A stretch of 64,000 nt of DNA. Origin: Vulcanimicrobiota bacterium. Lineage in GTDB: Bacteria > Vulcanimicrobiota > Xenobia > Xenobiales > JADMJV01. The position numbers and the translations under genes were made by a program. How positions within the stretch are numbered: position 1 is the first letter of the stretch; each line of letters begins with the position of its first letter. Positions 57,798 through 64,000 of this stretch are shown here, in pieces. The notes under the pieces are model-generated. The model was given only the letters and a program-made list of their open reading frames with translations. It was not told the DNA's origin and made no database searches. The stretch spans positions 32,001 to 96,000 of the forward strand of contig JBFWNU010000012.1 in assembly GCA_050250895.1 (NCBI GenBank), read 5' to 3'.

Positions 57798-58792
57798 TCC
57801 GCTATCTGGGTCGTCGCCTGTTGGAGACGCTCCCGGTGGTGCTGGGCATCAGCCTGATCGTCTTCTTGCTGTTGCGATTGGTGCCGGGCGATCCGGTGCG
57901 TATCATGCTCGGTGAGCGGGCCAATCCCGATCAGGTCGAGCGAGTGCGCCACGAGCTAGGACTGGATCGCCCCTGGCCGGTTCAGTATTTCGAGTTCATG
58001 CGCCGGGCCGTCCAGCTGGATCTGGGCCGCTCCATCAAGCGCAATTCGCTGGTCACCGAAGAGCTGAGCCGGGCCTTTCCGGCCACCCTCGAGCTGACTT
58101 TGGCGGCGGTGTTCTTGGCCACCCTGGTCGGCGTTGGTCTGGGCACGCTGGCGGCGCTCAAACGCAATAGTTGGGCTGACGCGTTGTGCACAGCCATCTC
58201 GCTTTCGGGCATCTCGATTCCTATCTTCTGGTTGGGACTGTGCTTTATCTTGATGTTTCCGGTAGGGCTGGGGTGGTTTCATTTCGGGGGGCGCACCGAC
58301 TTTTCGTTCGACACGGTGACCGGGCTCTACCTCATCGACTCTTTGCTGGCGGGGCGGCTCGACATCTTTTGGGACGTGCTCTCGCATTTGATCCTGCCGG
58401 CCGTCACCCTGGCCACCGTTCCCACCGCCATGATCGCGCGCATGACCCGCTCGGCCTTGCTCGAGGTGCTGGGTCAAGACTACATTCGGACCGCCCGCGC
58501 CAAGGGGTTGGACCCGCGGGCGGTCCTGTTCGGACACGCCTTGCCCAACGCCATGCTACCGATCGTCACGGTGGTGGGCCTTCAGTTTGGCTATCTGCTC
58601 GGGGGGGCGGTGCTGACCGAAACCGTCTTTCAGTGGCCGGGCCTGGGCGTGTTGCTGCTCGAGGCGGTGAAAGAACGCGACTACCCTCTGGTCCAGGGCT
58701 CGATTCTGTTGATTGCCATCAGCTTCTCGCTGGTCAACCTGGCCGTCGACCTGGCTTATGCCTTTTTCGACCCGAGGATTCGCTATGAGTGA
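57794..58792 (+). CDS. dppB: Peptide ABC permease (DppB-like)
   Basis: PGDP, DYIRTARAKG, TETVF.WPG, DPRI. Confidence 0.92.
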   Translation: MIRYLGRRLLETLPVVLGISLIVFLLLRLVPGDPVRIMLGERANPDQVERVRHELGLDRPWPVQYFEFMRRAVQLDLGRSIKRNSLVTEELSRAFPATLELTLAAVFLATLVGVGLGTLAALKRNSWADALCTAISLSGISIPIFWLGLCFILMFPVGLGWFHFGGRTDFSFDTVTGLYLIDSLLAGRLDIFWDVLSHLILPAVTLATVPTAMIARMTRSALLEVLGQDYIRTARAKGLDPRAVLFGHALPNAMLPIVTVVGLQFGYLLGGAVLTETVFQWPGLGVLLLEAVKERDYPLVQGSILLIAISFSLVNLAVDLAYAFFDPRIRYE

Positions 58793-59657
58793 GGCAACCC
58801 CCACCCAATTGGTGTGGGCCAAGCTCAAGCGCAGCCGGCCGGCGTTGCTGGGGGCGGTCCTGTTGGCGCTGTTTTTTTTCACGGCTTTGTTCGCGCCCTG
58901 GCTTGCTCCTGACGGACCCGACGACCAGGACCTCCATCGGCGTTTCCAGGCTCCGAGCCTTAGCTCGGTGGAAGGGCATTTTCCCTTCTTGCTGGGCACC
59001 GACAATGTCGGCCGTGATTTGCTCAGTCGAGTCATTCTAGGCGCTCGCATCTCGCTGCGGGTGGGCTTTTTCGCGGTGGCTATCTCGGCCGTCTTCGGCA
59101 TTCTGCTGGGAGCCGTGGCCGGCTACTTCGGAGCAGCGCTCGAAAGCCTCATCATGCGCTGCATGGATATCATGCTGGCCTTTCCCAGTATATTGCTGGC
59201 CATCGCCATCGTGACGGTGCTAGGTAATAGTCTGACCAACGCCATGATCGCGGTGGGCATCGTAGGCGTTCCGGTGTTTGCCCGGTTGACCCGGGCGGCC
59301 GTGCTGGGGGTCAAGAGCATGGACTACGTCGAGGCGGCCCGGGCCCAGGGGGCTTCGCACGCCCGGGTGCTGTTCGTGCATGTCTTGCCCAACTGTGTCA
59401 ATGCCCTCATCGTTCAGGCGACCCTGAGCACTGGCACGGCCGTGCTCGACGCTGCCGGGCTGTCTTTTTTGGGGCTGGGGGCCAAACCGCCCGCTCCCGA
59501 GTGGGGCACCATGCTGAGTGACACTTTTCGTTACTACGAAACGGCTCCCTGGTGTGTGGTGGCACCCGGTTTGGCCATCATGGGAATGGTTCTGGGCTTC
59601 AATCTGCTGGGTGACGGATTAAGAGATGCCCTCGACCCTCGTCTGAAGGAGGATTGA
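58785..59657 (+). CDS. dppC: Peptide ABC permease (DppC-like)
   Basis: LGTD..GRD, YVEAARA.GA, LSFLGLG..PEWG, DGLRDALDPR. Confidence 0.92.
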   Translation: MSEATPTQLVWAKLKRSRPALLGAVLLALFFFTALFAPWLAPDGPDDQDLHRRFQAPSLSSVEGHFPFLLGTDNVGRDLLSRVILGARISLRVGFFAVAISAVFGILLGAVAGYFGAALESLIMRCMDIMLAFPSILLAIAIVTVLGNSLTNAMIAVGIVGVPVFARLTRAAVLGVKSMDYVEAARAQGASHARVLFVHVLPNCVNALIVQATLSTGTAVLDAAGLSFLGLGAKPPAPEWGTMLSDTFRYYETAPWCVVAPGLAIMGMVLGFNLLGDGLRDALDPRLKED

Positions 59658-59781
59658 GGGGGAGAAGCTGGAACTCGATTCAAAGTCTGAGACCGGCCCA
59701 ACCACCTGTTGGGTGCTCGGCGGCAACGTTAGAGCCTTATCGGGTACAGACAACAATGGTGTGTTTGGAGGTAGGTTACAA

Positions 59782-59988
59782 ATGAAAAACCTTATTTCTT
59801 TGGTTTTGGGCGGGCTGCTTCTCGGCGGTCTGATGTTCGGTTGCGGTGGCAGTACGCCCCCCGCCGACAACAACAGCCCCGCAGTTAGCACTCCCGCCGA
59901 AGGGGGCGTCGAGATGTCCCCTGCTCCTGAGGGCGGCGAGACTCCCGCTATGGAAGAAACCCCGATGTCCGAGGGAGATTCCCATTAG
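59782..59988 (+). CDS. Small acidic lipoprotein
   Basis: SD GGAGGT; lipobox MFGC; low-complexity tail. Confidence 0.75.
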   Translation: MKNLISLVLGGLLLGGLMFGCGGSTPPADNNSPAVSTPAEGGVEMSPAPEGGETPAMEETPMSEGDSH

Positions 59989-60700
59989 GGCGACTCTCAT
60001 CGCCGGAGTCCTGGCGGCAGGCCTGTGCCTGCTGCCAGGCTGCAATCCGCAGGGGCAGTCGGCTCAGTCAACGCCCACTCCGGTTTCTTCTCCCGTTCGG
60101 GTGTCGGTGGAGGATCAGCCCAACTCTGTGGGCCTGACCCCGTTGCCGGGCAAGTCTGCTCCCGAGGTGACCGAGAAGAAAGTGGTCAAGATGACCACCG
60201 ATGCAGGCGAGCTGACCATCGAGGTCTATCCTCAGGCGGCCCCCAACGCGGCCAAGCGCTTTATAGAACTGGTCGAGGCAGGCTTTTACGACAATACCCC
60301 GATCTTCCGGGTGGTCCGTGCACCTCAGCCGTTCGTGGCCCAGTTCGGGATCAACTGGCGCGACGACTTTCCCCAGTGGCAAGAAAAGAATTTTGATGAC
60401 GATCCGACCTATTTCAAGCTGGATCGGGGCACCCTGGCTTTCGCCAAAGCCGGGCCCAACACCAACAGTACTCAAGTGTTCATCAACTTTGGCGACAACA
60501 GCAATCTGGCTTCGCCCGAATACAACTTTACCACCTTCGGCAGGGTGGTCGAGGGTCTTGACGTCATCGACAAATTCGTGCCCACCGGTTCCGAGAGCAT
60601 GGAACTCGAGCAGGGCCCGCTTTGGGAAGATGGCGAGAAGTACCTCAAGAGCATCGAAGAGAAGCCGACTATGATCACTAAAGCCGAGGTCGTCCAGTAG
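59984..60700 (+). CDS. Cyclophilin-type peptidyl-prolyl isomerase lipoprotein (probable ATT start)
   Basis: GFYD..FRV..FVAQFG, TQVFIN, FG.VVEG; lipobox LPGC 20 residues from ATT. Confidence 0.85.
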   Translation: MRATLIAGVLAAGLCLLPGCNPQGQSAQSTPTPVSSPVRVSVEDQPNSVGLTPLPGKSAPEVTEKKVVKMTTDAGELTIEVYPQAAPNAAKRFIELVEAGFYDNTPIFRVVRAPQPFVAQFGINWRDDFPQWQEKNFDDDPTYFKLDRGTLAFAKAGPNTNSTQVFINFGDNSNLASPEYNFTTFGRVVEGLDVIDKFVPTGSESMELEQGPLWEDGEKYLKSIEEKPTMITKAEVVQ

Positions 60701-61749
60701 CTACTCTGGTTCGCGTCGAGTGCGGCTTTCCGCCTCACTATTACTCCCAAGAAGAGCTTATCGACGCCCTCAAGGAATTCTGGGCCGAGAAGGTCTTCAA
60801 TCTAGAACGCCTCGAGCAGTTCCATCGCAACGTGTTGGTGGAGGGCCGCCATCTGGCTCTCGCCCGCGAGCAATACCGCGAACTGAAAGGCTTTGGCGAC
60901 CGCAACACCGCCTGGATCGAGGTGGCCACCGAGCTGGCTACCGAGGTGGTGGGCAGGTTGCTAGAACGGTCTGGCTGTTCACCCGAACAGCTGGGCCTTT
61001 TTGCTTTCACGACCGTGACCGGTCTGGCCGTGCCCTCGCTCGAGGCTCGTTTGATGAACCGGCTGCCTTTACCCCGCAGCCTGCGGCGCATGCCGCTGTT
61101 TGGCCTGGGTTGTCTGGCTGGGGCGGCGGGGGTAGCCCGGGCGGCCGATTCGTTGGCTGCCTATCCTGACAAGGCGGCCATCATGCTGGCCGTCGAGCTG
61201 TGCTCGTTGACCCTGCAGGCCGAGGATTTTTCGGTGGCCAACCTGGTGGCCAGCGGGCTCTTCGGCGATGGGGCAGCGGCCGCTTTGCTGGTGGGCGATG
61301 AACATCCCCTGGCCGGGCAGGGGCCGAGAGTGCTGGCTACAGCCTCCGATTTCTATCCTGACAGCGAGCGGGTCATGGGTTGGGATATCACCGACAATGG
61401 CTTCAAGATCGTGTTGGCCAACAACGTGCCCGACTATGCCCGTCACCAGGTGGCCGATGGAGTGCGTGCCTTTTTGGGCGAGCAAGGGTTGGCCATCGAG
61501 GACATCGGCTGGTGGATCACCCATCCCGGCGGGCCCAAGGTGATGTCTTCGTTGTGCGAGGGGTTGGGTTTGCCCGACGAAGCCCTCGAGCTATCACGCC
61601 AGAGCCTGGCTCGGGTGGGCAATATGTCGTCTGCTTCGGTGTTGTTCATTCTCGACGAGGTGATGCGTCAGGCCAAACCCGGAGACTATGGGCTCTTGAT
61701 GGCGATGGGTCCGGCCTTCTGCTCGGAGCTGGTCTTGCTGCGATGGTGA
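60697..61749 (+). CDS. Type III polyketide synthase (start probably GTA 60697 or CTG 60706)
   Basis: Triad GLGC, HPGG, GNMSS; conserved FPPHYYSQ N-terminus upstream of the first canonical start. Confidence 0.9.
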   Translation, partial: VATLVRVECGFPPHYYSQEELIDALKEFWAEKVFNLERLEQFHRNVLVEGRHLALAREQYRELKGFGDRNTAWIEVATELATEVVGRLLERSGCSPEQLGLFAFTTVTGLAVPSLEARLMNRLPLPRSLRRMPLFGLGCLAGAAGVARAADSLAAYPDKAAIMLAVELCSLTLQAEDFSVANLVASGLFGDGAAAALLVGDEHPLAGQGPRVLATASDFYPDSERVMGWDITDNGFKIVLANNVPDYARHQVADGVRAFLGEQGLAIEDIGWWITHPGGPKVMSSLCEGLGLPDEALELSRQSLARVGNMSSASVLFILDEVMRQAKPGDYGLLMAMGPAFCSELVLLRW

Positions 61750-62279
61750 CTCCGGCGGTCTTCTCGGTGCTGGTGGTGGCCATGGCTTGTCAGCGGTTGT
61801 GGGAGCTATCGCGAAGCGCCCGCAACGAGGCGACTCTGCGAGCCCGGGGGGGCTACGAAGTGGGGGGCGGCCATTTCTGGGTGATGCGTCTGGTCCATAC
61901 CGGCTGGTTGCTCGGTTGCCTGCTCGAGGTCTGGTGGGCTCCCGTCTCCTGGCCGGGCCTGGCGGTGCTGGGGTGGCTGGGGCTGGTGCTGGGTCAGAGC
62001 CTTCGCTATGCGGCCATTCGTCAGCTGGGTTCACGCTGGACCGTCCGAGCCATGGTGGTGCCCGACGAGAGAGTTGTATCCGGAGGGGTCTTTCGCTATC
62101 TACGCCACCCCAACTATCTTGGGGTGGTCATCGAACTGGCCGGCTTTCCCTTGATCGGGGGCTGTGTCAGGACGGCCCTAGTTTTTTCCTTGGCTAATGC
62201 CCTCCTCTTGAAGGTGCGCATCGCGGCCGAGGAAAAGGCTCTTCGAGAGGAAACAGATTATGGCCAGGCCTTCGGCTGA
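61743..62279 (+). CDS. Isoprenylcysteine-carboxyl-methyltransferase family (BpsB/SrsB-like)
   Basis: LG.RW.VR, G.FRYLRHPNY, RI.AEE.AL. Confidence 0.88.
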   Translation: MVTPAVFSVLVVAMACQRLWELSRSARNEATLRARGGYEVGGGHFWVMRLVHTGWLLGCLLEVWWAPVSWPGLAVLGWLGLVLGQSLRYAAIRQLGSRWTVRAMVVPDERVVSGGVFRYLRHPNYLGVVIELAGFPLIGGCVRTALVFSLANALLLKVRIAAEEKALREETDYGQAFG

Positions 62280-62520
62280 AGTTGGTGAGCTGATCACCGA
62301 GATTCTGACCCACGAGTGTGGGGTCAAAAAGGCTATCACAGACGACAGCCTGTTGGCTGAGGAGCTGGGTCTTGACTCGGTCGGGATGCTAGCCCTGGCC
62401 CTGGGCCTCGAAAACCACTACCAGATGAAGCTGGGTGAAGACGCTCAGAACCCGCCTCGCTCGGTGGGCGAACTGCGCCGGCTGGTGGAGAGTCGATTGG
62501 AGCAGCGTGAAGTTTCTTGA
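62260..62520 (+). CDS. Acyl carrier protein
   Basis: LGLDSV phosphopantetheine site. Confidence 0.88.
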   Translation: MARPSAEVGELITEILTHECGVKKAITDDSLLAEELGLDSVGMLALALGLENHYQMKLGEDAQNPPRSVGELRRLVESRLEQREVS

Positions 62521-64000
62521 GGCCCTGCTCGGGGCGGGGGAGCGAGCGGATCGCTTTGTCGAGTTTCAATCGGGGCCTGAAATCAACCGCGTGTCGATGG
62601 CCGAACTGGTGGCCTCAGCCCGGCGCCGCGCTGGAGGGTTACTCGCGTCCGGAGTCGAGCCCGCCCAGGTGGTGGCCGTGGCCGGAACCACCGGTCGAGA
62701 CACGGTGGAGACCATTCTGAGCGTGTGGCTGGCCGGAGCGGTGCCCACCGTCTTGCCGCTGCCGGCTCGCATGGGTCGGATGGAAGAGTACGCTCGCTCG
62801 ACCCAGGCCAAGCTGGCGGCCTGTCGGGCCAGCCTGTTGATCGGCGAAGAGGGCTTTGTCGAGTCGCAGCAGCAGGCTTTGAATGTGCCCTGTCGTTCGT
62901 TCGTCCAGTTGGAGGACGGCCCGGAAGTGGCCGAAACGACCGGACTCGGCTTGATCCAGTTCTCGAGCGGCACCACTCGCGAACCTTCACCGGTGGCTCT
63001 CGAGCGAGAGGCGATGCTGGCCAACGTGCGGGCCATGCTGGGCCGATTTCCCGGCGACCCCAGCCAGCATAGCTGCGTCTCGTGGCTGCCTCTGTATCAC
63101 GACATGGGATTCATTGGCTGCCTCCTTTCGGCCCTGGTGGCTCAGGGCAACCTCACCTTGCTGCGCCCCGAAGAGTTCGTGGCCCGGCCGATCGCCTGGC
63201 TCGAAGCCCTGACTCGCACCCGGGCTAGCACCAGCCCTGCCCCCAATTTCGCCCTGGCTTTGTGTTGCGAGCGAGTGCGCGACAAGCAGATGGGCAAGCT
63301 CGACCTGTCGCACTGGGGTGTGGCTTTGATCGGCGCCGAGCCGGTGCAGCGGGGAACGCTCGAGCTGTTCGCCGAGAAGTTTGGCGCGGTGGGTTTTCGG
63401 CGCCAGGCCTTGACACCGGTCTATGGTCTAGCCGAAGGAACCCTGGGAGTGACCTTTAGCCCTATCGACCTCGAACCACGGTTTTTCGACGTGGCTGCCG
63501 ATCGGCTGGCCGAGACCGGAGAGATCGTGGCTGGCAACCACTCCATCGCCAACCTGGGTCGCCCCCTGGAGGGGGTCAGGGTGGAGATCCGCGACCGGCA
63601 GGGCCAGGTCCTGGGCGAAAACCGGTTGGGACGGGTCTGGGTGGAGAGTCCGGGGCTCATGCAGGGGTATCTCTATCAACCCGAGCGCACCGCCGAGGTG
63701 CTGGTGGACGGCTGGCTCGATACCGGCGATCTAGGCTTTTTGCGCGAGGGTGAGCTTTATCTCTATGGCCGCGCCAAGGACATTCTGCTGATCCAGGGGC
63801 GCAACCACGACCCGGTCATGGTCGAGCAGGCCCTGGCCGGGGTGGATGGCCTGCGGGCCAGCCGGGTGGCGGCCTTTTCGGTGCCCGATGCCGAAAAAGG
63901 CAGCGAGGCCCTGGTGGTGGTGGCCGAACGGCAGATGGGCAAACGCAGCCACGAACCGGCCGAGCTGGCCCGCCAGGCCCGGGCCGCCGTCATTGCCGCC
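62507..64000 (+). CDS. Fatty acyl-AMP ligase (FAAL), truncated by the window end
   Basis: Manual translation: QFSSGTT, SWLPLYHDMG, PNFA, YGLAE, WLDTGDLG, GRAKD. Confidence 0.88.
   Translation, partial: MKFLEALLGAGERADRFVEFQSGPEINRVSMAELVASARRRAGGLLASGVEPAQVVAVAGTTGRDTVETILSVWLAGAVPTVLPLPARMGRMEEYARSTQAKLAACRASLLIGEEGFVESQQQALNVPCRSFVQLEDGPEVAETTGLGLIQFSSGTTREPSPVALEREAMLANVRAMLGRFPGDPSQHSCVSWLPLYHDMGFIGCLLSALVAQGNLTLLRPEEFVARPIAWLEALTRTRASTSPAPNFALALCCERVRDKQMGKLDLSHWGVALIGAEPVQRGTLELFAEKFGAVGFRRQALTPVYGLAEGTLGVTFSPIDLEPRFFDVAADRLAETGEIVAGNHSIANLGRPLEGVRVEIRDRQGQVLGENRLGRVWVESPGLMQGYLYQPERTAEVLVDGWLDTGDLGFLREGELYLYGRAKDILLIQGRNHDPVMVEQALAGVDGLRASRVAAFSVPDAEKGSEALVVVAERQMGKRSHEPAELARQARAAVIAA

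Overview
High-GC bacterial chromosomal window with about 64 protein-coding genes. I saw no rRNA, tRNA, integrase, transposase or cas gene. The gene style suggests Eremiobacterota/Vulcanimicrobiota, but that is inference only. Recognisable genes include glnS, a GluR0-like channel, PFOR (nifJ) with a DHODH-like partner, fabH, MoxR-VWA, a WD40-caspase, an atypical SecA followed by two ExbD genes, an orphan DNA methyltransferase, endonuclease I, a USP/MscS/baeRF stress operon, RqcH, gmk, DppABC, and a type III PKS/methyltransferase/ACP/FAAL cluster that runs off the end. The main unexplained signals are: (1) a shared promoter AAC-N7-AAY-N21/22-TAGNNT before four scattered genes, namely the SecA paralog, a subtilase with two beta-clamp-like motifs, a Gly-zipper zinc protease and an orphan, all lacking Sec signals but carrying disordered N-terminal leaders, which suggests a co-regulated export/effector regulon; (2) three coupled genes that appear to start at non-canonical AUU or GUA codons overlapping the upstream UAG; (3) a tandem array of 41-bp hairpins; (4) FNR-like boxes at -41.5 on convergent operons; (5) strong CTCGAG over-representation. 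All motif and family calls were made by eye, with no database searches.
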